Assembly (NCBI RefSeq): GCF_006345805.1
Contig: NC_042999.1
Span: 19,096,001-19,160,000 of the forward strand
Source: Octopus sinensis
Lineage: Eukaryota
Reading direction: 5' to 3'
Length of the DNA stretch: 64,000 nucleotides
Under the pieces are notes generated by a model. It was not told the DNA's origin. It did not search any database and saw only the letters and a program-made list of their open reading frames with translations. Below are positions 1 through 13,289 of this stretch, one piece after another. Both the position numbers and the translations under genes were made by a program. Within the stretch, counting starts at the first letter, position 1; every line of letters begins with the position of its first letter.

Positions 1-319
1 CTATGCAGACATTTATTTAGCCCTCGTTTGTCGTTCGTTCTAAATAATAAAAACAGTCCCTTTGCTAAGTCTCAAGTTTTCTGGTGGTTGAACAGAAAAC
101 TTAGAACGTGTATCATTTACGATGCAAGGGCCCCAGGAAAACAGGTCCAGTGTATCACATGTGGTGCATAATTTAGCCAAAGAATTAAGAGGGCAAAGTG
201 TCATTTCGAAACTTTTTATTGTTAACCCTGCACTTGAAAAAACACATGGAAACTCTCTCATTTCGCTGCCACGATACCAAGTTTTCGAGATGATGAATTT
301 TTTCTCAGATATAGGCGAA

Positions 320-720
320 GGTGTGGGTGTATGATAAGAAGATTGCTTTCCAGTCACATAGTTCTGGGTTCAATCTCACTGCGTAGCAAATGTCTTCTTC
401 GAGTCGATCAAAGCCTTATGAGTGATGTCATAGACGGAAACTCTAAGAAAGCCGTCGTATATATATATATATAGGTGCGTGTCTGTATGTTTGTGTATGT
501 ATGTGCATTTTTGTGTCTTTGTGTCTGTGTTTCTCTATTTCCACCGGTTGAAATCTGTGTTAGTTGTTTCCGACCCGATAACTTATCGGTTGCGCAAGGG
601 AGACTAACATAATAGGTATCTGACTTAAAATACAAATAAGTACCGAGGTTGAATCACTCGACAGGAACTTCTTTAAGTTGGTACCCCTGCATGGCCGCTG
701 TCGTCATTTCTTGTACAAGC
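320..720 (+). mobile_element. Diverged tRNA-derived SINE (head, internal microsatellite, tail)
   Basis: Degenerate match to the better-preserved copies at 2905, 31508 and 57423 (gacggaaact...gccgtcgtat; ccgata...aagtacc...catggccgc). Confidence 0.55.
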
Positions 721-1000
721 ACGCAGCACATTTCTGAGGAAGGCATTTCAGTTATAAATAAGCTTGTTTTACGCTGACACAGTGTAGCTAAGAGTACACA
801 AGATGTTTCCTTTAAATATAGAACAGATTTAACCATTACGAACATGCCCAGCAGATCGTCAGTGCGATGATAGTAAGTGCGAATACGCGACGACCGCTGG
901 TACAGCTAAAGAAGATAATGATATGATAGAAGAGAACGTGCGGTGCAGGATTATTAGGAAATGTAGGGGAGAGATGCAGCGTAGCTAACTGAAATGTATA

Positions 1001-1536
1001 CAGGGTGTCCCCAAAAAATGTGTACACACCTTGAATAATTGTAAATTTGGGGTTTATTATAATTCGAATAATTTTCAACATGTAAAAGAATTTACAAATA
1101 TCATTCTATTGTCTTGTTATCGCATGTTCTCAAACTGATGTCCGTTCTGCTGCAGACACTGCTGACAACGCAAAGCGATGGAATGGCACACATCATGGAA
1201 CAATTCCCTTGGGATATTCGTACATTCATGTTCAATGGTTGCCCTCAATTGAACGACTGTTGCAGGTTTCTGTGCGTAGACTTTGTCCTGTAGGTATCCC
1301 CATAAAAAGAAGTCTAGTGGTGTGAGGTCTGGTGAACGTGGAGGGTATTCGACAAAACCACTCCGTCCAATCCACCTGTTTGGCAAGATCCCATCAAGAA
1401 AGGATCTAACATCGCGATGGTATTGTGGAGGTCCCCCATCTTGCTGGAAATAAAACTCTTCCTGTTCAAAGTCCTCTCTAATGCTTGGCATGACAGACTG
1501 TTGCAGCAAGTGTATACATTTTTTTGGGACACCCTG
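1001..1536 (-). mobile_element. Internally deleted Tc1/mariner-superfamily DNA transposon, DD41D (rosa-type)
   Basis: ~27-bp TIRs (cagggtgtccccaaaaaatgtgtacac versus the reverse complement cagggtgtcccaaaaaaatgtatacac). TA flanks at 999-1000 and 1537-1538. The ORF has QQDG...PPRSPDLTPLDFFLWG with 41 residues between the 2nd and 3rd catalytic D. Confidence 0.92.
1117..1509 (-). pseudogene. C-terminal fragment of a DD41D transposase (no DNA-binding domain, no first D)
   Basis: ORF FQQDGGPPQY...RWIGR...YPPRSPDLTPLDFFLWGYLQDKVY, fused directly to the TIR. Confidence 0.88.
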
Positions 1537-1865
1537 TATATTTGTTGCTATGGTTATTTAGGATGTTAATGCGGCAACTATAGGTTCTATTTGCTACTTT
1601 TAATACCAAAACTGATGTTGGATATTCTCTGCTAATATTATTACAACTGTTTCCGATTGTATTAATGTTTTATTCGACATTGTTGCTGCTGTTGAGTTGC
1701 GCTGCCGGTGTTGTTTCTTTTCCTGGGGAGGTTGGATGTGGGGATGATGATATTAATGATGCAGGTACTAGTAAAGATGATGGTGATGGTGTTTGATTTT
1801 CGTGGTGTCAAATCATGGTGATGCTGGAGATATTGTCAGATGAAGGTAATGCAGCTTCTCCTACT

Positions 1866-1867
1866 AT

Positions 1868-1914
<47 letters not shown>

Positions 1915-1915
1915 A

Positions 1916-1950
<35 letters not shown>

Positions 1951-1974
1951 GTAGTAATAGTAGTAGTAGTAGTG

Positions 1975-2005
<31 letters not shown>
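1866..2005. repeat. (AGT)n microsatellite, followed by degenerate (GGT)n to ~2250
   Basis: Seen directly; it explains the poly-Ser ORF 1815..2102. Confidence 0.97.
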
Positions 2006-2007
<2 letters not shown>

Positions 2008-2699
2008 TAGGTGGTGGTGGGGTGGGGGTGTTACCAATGGTTGTGACACTAGTAATGGTTCTAATGTTGTCGGTTTTGTTGCTGGTGGTAGTAATGGTGT
2101 AAGGATTGTTGTTGTAGTTGTTTGGCGGAGGCGGTGGTGGTTATGGTGGTGGTGATTGTGTTAGTGATGATTGTGGTGGTAGTGTTTATGGTGGTGGTGG
2201 TGATTATGGTGGTGGTACTGGTGGTACTGGCTATGTTGGTGAAATGGTGTTAATAACATGAATGTTTATAATGGTAGAATTATCAGCGTGATACTTTTGT
2301 AGGCAGTGGTTGTAAGAGTGGTGGGGGTGTCTATACTAATAACATGTTTCATAGTGTTGCTGGAGGTATTAGTCGTGTTTATATTGTATGGGGACGTTGC
2401 AATGATGGCTCCCGGTAAACAATACACGGCAGTTTTTGCACAGAGATTATTATCGGTGCTTTTAATATATTAGTGAAATACAATGTTCATTATTTCATTG
2501 TAATTTTGCAGAATTGACAGCATATTTGCCCTACATTTAACATTAAACAATCATCCAATCTTGCAAGTTGTAAGTGAGAACGATCTTTATTTTCAATTCA
2601 ATACTCATTAGTATATCCAAATCGTAGTAAAAATTACTATCAACAATAAAATGTTCACAAATTATCAAAAATTGTGCGTATCGAGGGCGATTTAATCCT

Positions 2700-2855
2700 T
2701 GGACTTTTCCTTTTTTCTATATTTCTAACGAAGAACTCCGCTCGAAACCTTGAATCCTCCTTCTTTCTTTCCTTTCCTCAGCGTCCAATAACACTATACA
2801 TATTCAACGTCCTCACGCTGTTGTGTTTTATCTTTTGCTCATGTTTGGATTAACT
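2700..2855 (+). mobile_element. Penelope-like terminal-repeat remnant with a decayed hammerhead-like motif
   Basis: CTAACGA-A-gaac..gctc-GAAAC motif. The downstream cctgagcgtccaata...gttgtgtttt block recurs at 46080-46157 and in part at 11695-11720. It ends at (TA)n. Confidence 0.45.
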
Positions 2856-2904
2856 ATATATATATACATATATATATATTTATATATATATATATATATA
2901 TATA

Positions 2905-3205
2905 GGCATAGGAGTGGTTGTATGGTAAGTAGCTTGCTTACCAACCACATGGTTCCGGGTTCAGTCACACTGCGTGACACATTCCAGTGTCTACTACTAT
3001 AGCCTCGGGTCGACCACAGACTTGTGAGTGGATTTGGTAGACGGAAACTGAAAGAAGCCGGTTGTATATATGTATATGTCTCTATATATATGTGTGTCTG
3101 TGTTTGCTCCACCCCCCAACATAGGTAGACAATGATGCTGGTGTGTTTACGTCCCCGTAACTTAGCGGTTCGGCAAAAATCTCTCGATAGAATAAGTAAT
3201 AGGCT
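2905..3205 (+). mobile_element. tRNA-derived SINE whose tail is interrupted by the Penelope element
   Basis: A/B-box-like head (gtatggtaagtag...gggttcagtc), body ...gacggaaactgaaagaagc, internal microsatellite, then a tail that stops abruptly at the RT coding sequence. Confidence 0.85.
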
Positions 3206-3246
3206 CCTGTGAAACACACCGCCTGAGTAATTTCCTAGACATCCTT

Positions 3247-3948
3247 TTGAAACCTTTCCTTACCCACATCAAAAGTTTCATTAGGGATGATCTGGACATG
3301 CTCAAACACCTCCCGAAAACAGTTAACGAGGAGGCGCTCCTGGTATCCTTTGATGTCATCAACCTCTACACCAACATCCCACATGAGTATGGTATAGAGG
3401 CAATTGACTTCTGGCTAGAAAAACACCCAGAGACATTCCCTGACCGCATTAACAAGACTTTTATTACAGAATCTCTCAAGTTCATTCTGACCAACAATTT
3501 TTTTCTCTTCGACGACACACACTACCGTCAAAAATGTGGTATTGCGATGGGTACCAAGGCTGCACCAGTCCTTGCGAACCTCATAATGGGTTTCTTCGAA
3601 CTATCACTCTATGAAATATCACGCCAGAAATTTGGACATGTTTTCGACACCTACCTAAAGGAAAACTGGAAAAGGTATTTGGATGATTGTTTCATCATAT
3701 GGAAAGAACCTTATGAAAAACTCCTGGAATTCAAAACCATACTAAACAACATACATCCCAACATCCAATTCACTATGGAATTAAGCAAACATCATCTACC
3801 ATTCCTTGATCTCCTAATTATAAAAACACCTAAGAACCAAATCATAACAGACATCTACCACAAACCCACAGACTCACAACAATACCTCCTCTTTAGTTCA
3901 TGCCAACCCAAAACACACCAAGACAAATATCCCTTTCAATTTGGCTAA
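3247..3948 (+). pseudogene. Penelope reverse transcriptase, C-terminal part (frameshift near 3905)
   Basis: Canonical PLE RT motifs. After a 1-nt shift the frame continues KHTKTNIPFNLAKRVRTIVSD. Confidence 0.92.
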
Positions 3949-4220
3949 AAGGGTACGCACCATTGTCTCGGATCCAAAAACACGAGAAAAACGCCTTCAA
4001 GACCTCAAAAAAAACTATTACAACGCCAATATCCCTCCACCCTTATAGAGTATGGAATAAAACGCGCCAAAGAACTAGATAACATTACACTGAAAACTCC
4101 AACCTAACACCACACACAACCTCAAAAACACTTCCATACATTTCCACCCACAACCCCAAAAATATCGAAGCATACACCACAATCATACAAAACCTCAGTC
4201 TACTGTCAACAGACCCCAAA

Positions 4221-4745
4221 ATGAAAAACATTATAAATACACACAAAATCCTCAAATGTAAAAGGCAACACAAATCTTTAAAAAAACTCTTGACAAATGC
4301 CAAACTTCACACACCACATCCACCCCCAGCAGTAAAAAAATGTGCACGCCCAAACTGTGGGACATGCCCCCTCCTACTTGAAGGTTCTGAATTTACCTTC
4401 AAACAAGGTACGAAGTTTAAAATCAAGACTAACTTCTCCTGTTCCTCCGAGAACCTTATCTACGTTCTCACATGCGCTGGTTGCCAACATAATTATGTTG
4501 GACAAACGAGTCTCCCATTACGTAAACGAGTAGCGGTGCATAAAGAACAAATAAATCTCCCGGAATACCGACAAATTCCACTGAGTGGCCACATAGACTC
4601 ATGCGCTAAAGACTTAAACCCCAAATTCTATATATTCCCCTTCTACCAATGTAAAGACGGCATCACCACACTGGAGATAATTAACAAGGAGAATCTCTTT
4701 ATTGAAAAATTCCAAACACAACTTAACATACAAACTCCTCGTTGA
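4221..4745 (+). pseudogene. Penelope GIY-YIG endonuclease domain
   Basis: CxxxxCxxC linker and the NLIYVLTC-x2-C-x3-YVGQT GIY-YIG motif, followed by the typical His/Glu/Asn C-terminal motifs. Confidence 0.92.
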
Positions 4746-5756
4746 TCAAACTTCCCTTTTCTACCTCATTCTTCATGAAAGGACTCACACAAATATATAA
4801 GGATACCATAGATTCATCACTTCAAGCAAAACCTTATACTCTTTAAATATCATTTTTACTATTGTTGTTATTACCATCATCTTTATTATCTATGATATAA
4901 TAATCTGAAATGCAATTGTCTATGCAAATTTATATAATTAGAAAATAATATAAATAAAGTGTTAAAATCTGAAAGTTAAATTAACAAACAATTATATAAA
5001 AAAGATAATGCAAATGAAGCTAAAATGACAATTTTATAATTTGGGGTTTATCAGCAGCTTTTATTTAAGAACTCAAAAGAGTTGTCTCCCCTTATTCACG
5101 ACACAGGAACTGAAGAACCACAATTACTACTACTTCCTGTTTTGCCAACATCCTAAATTAAACCAATCAACACATGGCCTTAATCCCATTGGATTCTAAT
5201 ACGTCAAGGTAATTTTTTCATGAACAATCATTAAACTCAAGATACACAACGAACTCACAATGTATCGGAGTACTTATTTTTTTATTTTTTATTTTTATAC
5301 ATATTTACTACTATTAATTTTTATACATATTTACTACTATTATTCTTTTGCAAAAAACAATGCAACTTTTTTTCCCCTTCTCATTTTAAAAAAAAAACCT
5401 TTTCATCTAACTATTCTTGATAAGTAAACTATGACGAAAACGGTTTGAATAAATATATTTCTAATTTTTTCATTTTCTCAATTCATTAGAATTTTCTTTC
5501 AATCGAGCATTCTACATTTATACATTTTTCATTGCTTATCATTCTCCACATGCGGTCAACACAACCTCACCATTTATGATCTATATATATATATATATAT
5601 TATATATATATATAATATATAGATATATATTATATATATATATCAGCCGTATGTATGTATATATAGAGAGATAGATAGATATATAGATATATACATAGAT
5701 ACATACATACATACATATATATGTATACATATATATACCCAACTTATTTATGTATC

Positions 5757-5805
<49 letters not shown>

Positions 5806-5924
5806 AATATATCTATATATATCTATATAATATATAATTATATATATATATATATTATATATATATATATATAGTGAGGGAAGAAATGGAGCTGAACGAA
5901 GATTTTACAAAATTCGTTTTTATT

Positions 5925-6010
5925 ATTTTCTACATATGTTTCAAAGGCTGCAAAGTCCCTAATTCGGATTGAATAAGGAGTCCATTTTGCAGCTTTCTCT
6001 TCAGGAAAAT
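5925..6010 (-). ncRNA. Type I hammerhead ribozyme motif (family A), in a Penelope-like remnant spanning 5870-6200
   Basis: Minus strand: AUUUUC-CUGAAGA-GAAAGCUGCA..UGCAGCCUUU-GAAA-C AUAU G-UA-GAAAAU. Perfect 6-bp stem I, palindromic stem III ACAUAUGU, GUA cleavage triplet. Confidence 0.85.
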
Positions 6011-6267
6011 CCAGGAACTTAAATCTCCAACAAAATGCGCAGCAAGCTTTTCGACAAACGCTCTCTAGGAGCCCATGGTATGAATGGCACAAAACTGTCT
6101 CTCAATATGCGTTGACGTCGGGCTGGGTGAAAGCTACCCAGGTATCGGTTATAATTTGAATAATCCGTAACAAGATAATTCGTTTATCCATTTCAATAAA
6201 TATATATATATGTAAACATAATTAAATATATTATATATATATATATATATATTATATATAGATATAT

Positions 6268-6326
<59 letters not shown>

Positions 6327-6455
6327 CACTTATATAAATACATTTGTGTGTATTTCCGTTTATGCATATTTGTATGTGTGTATATAGCTGTAGATAAAAC
6401 ATGCGCATTTATATAGGTATGTATCCCCATAAGATTTATGACGTTTATATGTCCT

Positions 6456-6508
<53 letters not shown>

Positions 6509-7549
6509 CTAACTATGTGTATTTTTATGCTTACCTTAATATCCATGTGTATTTATATTTATATTTTGTGTGTACGTATGTATTTTGTATGTATTAAAAT
6601 ATGTGTAGGCTTCTATTTATGTGTGTGTACTGTTTTGTTTTACATACAGTTCGTTTAGCCAGAAAATAGTTTGATACCTCTTGACCTTTTAAACCTATTA
6701 GAAAATAACTACCGCTCGATACTATCTCTTACTTTAATCATTATATATCCAGCTGTCTGCTTCCTATCAAACACATTTATATATTATATTCTGTTTTTTT
6801 TTATTATTATTATTAAATGAAATTTTATATACTTTCAAACAATATCATTTTTAATATAATTATTTTACATCCGCTTTCATGCCGTCCTGTCTTTTTTAAA
6901 AAATTAAGTTTGGTCAATATAATGAAACTATATACTGTACTTTTGCTGATATGAAACAAAATATATATTAATAATAATCTTTTTTTAATGACCATATCAG
7001 GCTCATTTTATCTAGTAACGTTCGACCATATATTGTATATATAAAGAGTAAATTCTGTATGAAGAAGAATAGGTGTACGTATGATGTTTTAGTGATCTGA
7101 TGAAAAGAATTCTTTATCTGCACTGGTTAGGAGTTATACAAATTTATTGTATATTGAGCAGTATGCATATTAGTGCAATCTTGTAAAATAATTTATACAC
7201 TGCGATTATTAGGACATGATGAAATTTGCGAAAAGGCTACATGAATTTGTGTATGTGTGTATATGTGAGTATGTATGTATGTATGTATGTATTTGTACAT
7301 GATGGTGTGTATTCGTTCTTCGACAAAGAAATTTATTAACTTGATCAACTGAGTTGTCTACTCCTGAATTAAGCCATAATTGGCTCCGCATTCCACCAAC
7401 ACTTGTGCACTGAACTTAATTTTCGTCAGAATCAGCGTGATCTATAAAGTGAAAAGGTCGTACATTTTCTATGTCCCAATGTTCCCAAATGAATTCTAAG
7501 CAGAATCTTCTTATTCAATGACACAAGTCTATTCAGTGCGTGAACTGAC

Positions 7550-7646
7550 TCGATACTATCGGAAACGATAGTTCTCAAATACATCGTACGTTGGGCTCGA
7601 ACACGGGACGTCGTGTTTGTCATCTAAGTCTTTTCCCTTCAGACAT
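7550..7646 (-). other. Candidate terminal coding exon of an unidentified host gene
   Basis: Acceptor gtgtctgtag|G. Only the phase-1 frame stays open (TLCLKGKDLDDKHDVPCSSPTYDVFENYRFR*). No homology recognised. Confidence 0.2.
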
Positions 7647-7726
7647 AGAGTACCTACAGACACATACACACACAAATACCCAGGTACGCTCACGCATATA
7701 AGTAGGTATGTATGTATGTATGTATG

Positions 7727-7760
<34 letters not shown>

Positions 7761-7979
7761 TGTATGTATATATATATATTATATATATATATAGATATAT
7801 AAATAGATAGATATAGATATATATATATATGATAGATATAGATATATAGATAGATAGATAGATAGATAGATATATAGATATAGATATATATAGAGAGAGA
7901 TAGATAGATAGATAGATAGATTGATAGATATGTGTGTGTGTGTGCATGTTTGTGTGCATGTGTGTGTGAATGTTGTAGG

Positions 7980-8240
7980 TTGAAAAGGAACACACGAGTT
8001 GATATATATGGGAAACAAAGGTAACGTAGAAAATGCTAAAATAATTTTATAAAAAAACATTTTATCACCGGTTCCAGCCATTGAGACTTTTTCAACTGTA
8101 AGTATGGAAAACAACTAAATTTTGGAAAAATTGAAAGAAAAGTGTATTAAAAGAATGGGACATTTCCCTTGCTTCTGTCTATCTCTATCTCTCTTGTTTA
8201 TGCACGTTGGTTCGAGGTCGTTGTGAATTCATATATATAC
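7980..8240 (-). mobile_element. Decayed copy of the Penelope-like terminal repeat found at 26130-26540 (U3:A8 hammerhead family)
   Basis: Collinear similarity to 26130-26390. It retains UUGAAAA and stem II (agtc/ggct), but GAAA has become GGAA and GUA has become GUG. Confidence 0.7.
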
Positions 8241-8769
8241 GTATATATGTATATATGTAAATATATATATATTTTTATTTTTGTAGCTCACGTGGTAATT
8301 TTGGAGGGAGATAGGAATTCGCATGTCTGTATAAGTGTAGGAATGCTAGCAGTCCGTTAGATCGTTCGATGTCTCTGGTCGTGCTGGTGTAACGGGTGAG
8401 TTTTTCCCGTAGCATTTCTAGATTTATAGGAAATATATTGACAAGGAAATGAGCCTTCGGTTCTAATGGAGAAACGATTCGTCTATAATTAATCCATAGG
8501 CTGGGATTTCGTTATTCTCTTCGTTTTTTGCCATATACAGGTTACAAATTCTGATTGTTTCTGGAGACTTTTTATTAGTAGGAGAAATAGTGATCAATTT
8601 AGGTGCTATTTCTAATACTTTCGGTATGTGGTTTTGAGCAACTTGTTGCAATTAACCCTTAATTATAATTATTATAACCCTTACCAAATATGCTCTTTTC
8701 TATACCGATAAATCTACTAGGTGAAATTTATTAATTTTATTAAATTAATTATATTGCACACTTTTTTGC

Positions 8770-8818
<49 letters not shown>

Positions 8819-8973
8819 TATGTATGTATATATATATTGGCAAATACCACAAAATTCTTTATATATAAAACGACCAATAAATCTAACTTTAGACCAACGT
8901 TTGATAAATGCGATGACGGAAGAAATGAGTTAACAATACGTATATAAAATGTAAATAAAAAAATATACATATA

Positions 8974-9135
8974 GGTGCAGGAGTGGCTCTATGGTAAGTA
9001 GCTTGCTTACAACACATGGTTCCGGCTTCAATCCCACTGCTTGGCACCTTGGGCAAGTGTCTTCTACTATAGCCTCGGGCCGACCAAAGCCTTGTGAGTG
9101 GATTTGCTAGACGGAAACTGAAAGAATCCCGTCGT
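8974..9135 (+). mobile_element. tRNA-derived SINE, head and body
   Basis: ggtgcaggagtggct..ggtaagtagcttgc..ggcaccttgggcaagtgtc..gacggaaactgaaagaa, nearly identical to 57423 and to the reverse complement of 31833-31986. Confidence 0.9.
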
Positions 9136-10043
9136 ATATATATATATATATATATATATAAACACATAGACACTCAAAAACTATATATGTACATGCTCTT
9201 ATTTTTGCTCACATACATAAGTATACAATACGATATTATTAAAATAACTAATTAGCATAATTAAATTTTCATCACTGTGATTAAATGAATTTGGAAAGTT
9301 TGTGTCATTTTAGCCACTACTTTTGATTTGTGTCCGAGTATTTGTCCTTGAGACTGCAAAATGGAATTTTAAAAGCAATACACCATACTGTCACAATTAT
9401 ATATCCAAATTCATCTATTTCTTTTTGAATGTTATATTTTGAAAAATAGAAATATTATTATTTCTAAATCTCCCTAAAAGAGACTCTGGCAGTGGTACTG
9501 GATATTAACAGTTATCGCCTAGCTAACATGGGAGTCCATAAATATACGAATAGATTTTAAAGCTCCAGCCTAGAATTTTCTTTAGAAAAAAAGAGAGCCA
9601 AGTACAGGACAGGAAAAGCTGTTATTATAGAATTTCGGAATCTGGAGTCTTTTGCAAGGTCCATCAAGTGTGTGGTAAAAAGGTTTTAGCAATGGTTTGA
9701 GTATTTCGGTCGATTTCTTCGACAAAAGGTGGTGCCTCCAGCATAGCCACAGTCAAATGACTGAAACAAGTAAAATAATATATATATATATATATATACA
9801 CTTAGTAAATCGAAAAAAGCAAACGAACGCCAAACACGAAAAGACAACAACGCAAGGACGTGGAAAGAATGGTGGTTTTACACACTAAAGCATGTATGTG
9901 TATACAATGTGTTAATGTGTGTTTATCTGTGTGAGAGATGGTAAGTTGAAGAAGTATAGTGACAAAAGGAAAACTTTTATATGTTTACATGCGCATACCT
10001 ATATGTATGCATTATACTTGGATGTGTGACTATAAAAAGAAAT

Positions 10044-10089
<46 letters not shown>

Positions 10090-10120
10090 GATATATATAT
10101 ATAATGTGTGGTGTGTGTTG

Positions 10121-10157
<37 letters not shown>

Positions 10158-11043
10158 ATATGTGCGGTTAGAGAGAGAGAGAGAAGGATAGGCAAGCAGA
10201 CAGAGTGGCAGTTAGTTTAAAGAGATACTGGTAGAGACATGCCGAGTAGTAATTGTGAAATATAGATGGTGGAAATATATAGAGATGAATAGACACCTTG
10301 ACAGATATGTATTGAATACCAAGTACCATTGAACATCTGCGAAAGAACCTTTGATAACAAAAGCGTTGAACTGATCATCTCAGTACGTATTCTTTCACAA
10401 TTCTACCGCTATTCAATAAGAGCCCGAGGCTAACCTAATGTATTGAAATATCGACAATAGTCAACGTATATCTGACCATATCAGCTCTCACATTTTCAAT
10501 TTTAGAAGTTTTGTCACTAATCCAGATATCCTAGTGTTCGTTGTATTATTTTTTTTTCTGTTCCTATTAAAAAAAATATTAATACAATTTCTAAATACGA
10601 TAATGAACTGTTAGGTGAAAATGGCTTTGTATTTAGATATGCGTCAGTTTTTTTTTTGTTTTTTTTTTATAAAACTGCGTATTGTTGCAGTTGCTAGGAA
10701 TAGATAGATGTTATCTATCAGAGACTCACTTTTAACATATTCAAACGATTATCATAATTTACATACGAAGTTGAGAATAGAAATAGTATGTGAAAGATAA
10801 CTTCTTTCTAAACTCTTTCAACTACCTAATCCAAGTTCACTACCTATATAGTTAACATTGTTATGCAAGAACCGTTTATAATTTTCTCCAAATCAATAAA
10901 TATTAGTATCTTACATAGAGATAAAAAAATATAGAAATCATTTCATATTTACATAAATATAATATATATATATCTATATATATATATAATATATATATGA
11001 TATATATATATATATATATATATATCCATTTCTATTAATATAA

Positions 11044-11335
11044 AATCATAATTAGCTAGTAAATGGTGATTGTTTTATGTTTATGAGTTGAATTAAAAGA
11101 AAATGTTAAACATAATATTTACTAACTGTGGAAAAAAAACTGTATTATTTTCGCGTATATATCAGGAGTTAATAAGATATATTAAAAAGTAAATCATAAT
11201 TAGCTAGTAAATGGTGATTTTTTTTAATGAGCTGAATTAAAATAAAATGTTAGACATAATATTTAATAACTGTGGAAAAAGACTTTATTAAATTAGCAAC
11301 ATATATCAGGAGTCAAAAAGATATATTAAAAAGTA
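11044..11335. repeat. Tandem duplication of ~148 bp, two diverged copies
   Basis: aatcataattagctagtaaatggtgat...gatatattaaaaagta begins at 11044 and again at 11192. Confidence 0.9.
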
Positions 11336-11503
11336 ATGAAAGGGAGGTAATCGAGATGAACCAAGTAATTTCCCTAGATATATAGAATTATTTTCCATCC
11401 AATATAGGAGAGTATAAAAAACATTTTAATTTCAATATATTCAGATTTATATATGTAAGAAAATGGTCTTTATATACATATAGATATGTATATAAATCTT
11501 ATA

Positions 11504-11542
<39 letters not shown>

Positions 11543-11557
11543 TAATATATTATATAA

Positions 11558-11595
<38 letters not shown>

Positions 11596-11619
11596 AGTCA
11601 TGATAGATAGTTACTCACT

Positions 11620-11780
11620 ACACACATTTTTTCTCTCCTGTTTCTGTGTTCCTTTCTGTAGAAGAGCGTAGGCTCGAAACGTAAAAGACTTTTTCTATTC
11701 CTGAGCGTTAAATTAATACATATGTTTGTTTGTACACCACCTGTCTTCGTCTTTTGTTTTTTTCATAAATTCTCCCGAAT
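11620..11780 (+). mobile_element. Penelope-like terminal repeat with a variant hammerhead-like motif at 11652-11687
   Basis: CUUU-CUGUAGA-A-GAGC gtag GCUC-GAAA-C GUA-AAAG. Stems I and II are perfect, but the core deviates (A6U plus an extra A). Flanked by (TA)n. Confidence 0.5.
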
Positions 11781-11791
11781 ATATATATATA

Positions 11792-11844
<53 letters not shown>

Positions 11845-12229
11845 ATATATATCTATATATCTATATATATAATATATTCTTAAGAATGGAATCGACCTCT
11901 CTTGTCTATATATTTACCCTCTTTAAAATGTTGGCAAATGAAAAATAGAGGTAACAACGGGCATTGTCCGTTTGAGTGGAAAATTTATAAGTGCTGAAGA
12001 TTGCTCGACATTTTAAAACTGATGTAATACTTACAGTGTTTAATAAAATGAGGTAGCATGAAACAATTGTACTACTCTACCTCGGCTATACTTGTTGCTT
12101 ATTTTCATTATAATCACTCAATTTGATTTATATGGATTATACCATACAAAATTTTGGTGCCTTTGACTTAAGTACTATATTCATCTGAATCTAAATTTTG
12201 CTGATCTTATATATATATATATATACACA

Positions 12230-12370
12230 TGTGTCTGTGTTTGTCCTCCCACCATCGCTTCACGACCGATGTACATGTGATTACGTTCCCGTAACTCAGT
12301 GGTTTAGCAAATGTGACTGATAGAGAAAGTACTAGGCTTACAAAGAATAGGTCTTGGGGTCGATTTCTTA
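12230..12370 (+). mobile_element. SINE tail segment
   Basis: gtgtctgtgtttgtcc...cccgtaact..gatagagaaagtactaggcttacaaagaatag matches the tail at 31510-31720. Confidence 0.75.
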
Positions 12371-12437
12371 TATATGTATGCATAAGAAATTTGAGAAAGG
12401 AAAATGCACGCACTTTACATAGTTTTAATACAATTTT

Positions 12438-12645
12438 TAATAACTCTTATATTGTGTTTGTCGACCGGTTTCACCTTCGCTAATCATGACATTAGAATTT
12501 ATTTACATACATATTTTTTTTAAATATATATTTTTTCTAGCCATGTTGCGAGTGGAGTTTATGAATGAATACGTATTTAAATAAATTTTAATGACATGAA
12601 TAGCGATAACGAAACCGGTCGACAAACACAATATAAGAGTTATTA
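12438..12645. repeat. Imperfect inverted repeat (~75-bp arms) with decayed hammerhead-like GAAACCGGTC motifs
   Basis: taactcttatattgtgtttgtcgaccggtttc pairs with gaaaccggtcgacaaacacaatataagagtta. Confidence 0.8.
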
Positions 12646-12664
12646 CATATTATATTAAAACTAT

Positions 12665-13035
12665 ATAAAAGTTCTTGCTGGAAGTGGAATGCCTGAAATT
12701 TTGTTGGGGAGACCTATGTGCGCAAGCGGTACTTATATTATTGACCTCGAAAAGATGAAAGGCAATGTCAAACTTGGTGGAATTTGAACTCAAAATATAA
12801 AGACGGATGAAATACCGCTAAATTTATCAGGCGTGCTAAAGATTCTACTTTATTAATGCATTGTATTATAGGAACAATTTTGTTGGAGGAACAAGTGGAT
12901 TACATCAACTCCTGTGCTCATCTTGTACTAATTCTTTCGACACTGAAATGATGAATGGCAAAATCGACGTCAGCGGAATTTGAACTCAGAACGTAAAGTC
13001 AAGCCAAATACCGCTAAAGCCTTATTTCTAACTCG
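12665..13035 (-). mobile_element. Two adjacent diverged SINEs of the ggcggcgagc family
   Basis: The reverse complement carries gagttcaaattcc..gcctttcatc..gtcga, as in the copy at 40028. Confidence 0.75.
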
Positions 13036-13289
13036 TTAACGATCCTCCCAGCTCGATGCCTTGATTTTATGGTATTCATTAGTGTAAAATATATGTGATG
13101 TAGGAAAAGTTTATGTTAGACATTCTTCAAAATTTGAAGTATTCTGCATTCTACGTAATCGATGGTGCTTCACTGTATCTTTCACCAGTAAGCATTTTAC
13201 AGTAACACTTGGATACACCGTGTTCTATTGATCCAACCGTGTTAGTAATAAATGTTACTCAATCGCTACCACTAAATCGTTCGGGAAAT

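Larger units (their letters stand above)
3203..5580 (+). mobile_element. 5'-truncated Penelope-like element (RT plus GIY-YIG; Cys-rich linker as in the Neptune group)
   Basis: RT motifs VSFDVINLYTNIP, QKCGIAMG, RYLDDCF, LPFLDL. Linker KCARPNCGTC. Endonuclease NLIYVLTCAGC..YVGQT...HKEQI. A/C-rich sense strand and long 3' UTR ending at (TA)n. Confidence 0.93.

Noticed and set aside
40-357. Overlapping ORFs on both strands; possible + exon after ttgaacag at ~96
   Set aside because: No recognisable homology and no convincing donor; part of the ORF runs into a SINE head.
5410-5450. Possible hammerhead in the 3' end of the RT-encoding Penelope element
   Set aside because: The core is too degenerate (cttgataa..acgaaaacgg) to support a call.
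8541-8623. Possible 83-nt + strand exon (tacag|G ... TTCG|GTATGT)
   Set aside because: The splice signals are good, but it is isolated, has no recognisable peptide and could arise by chance.
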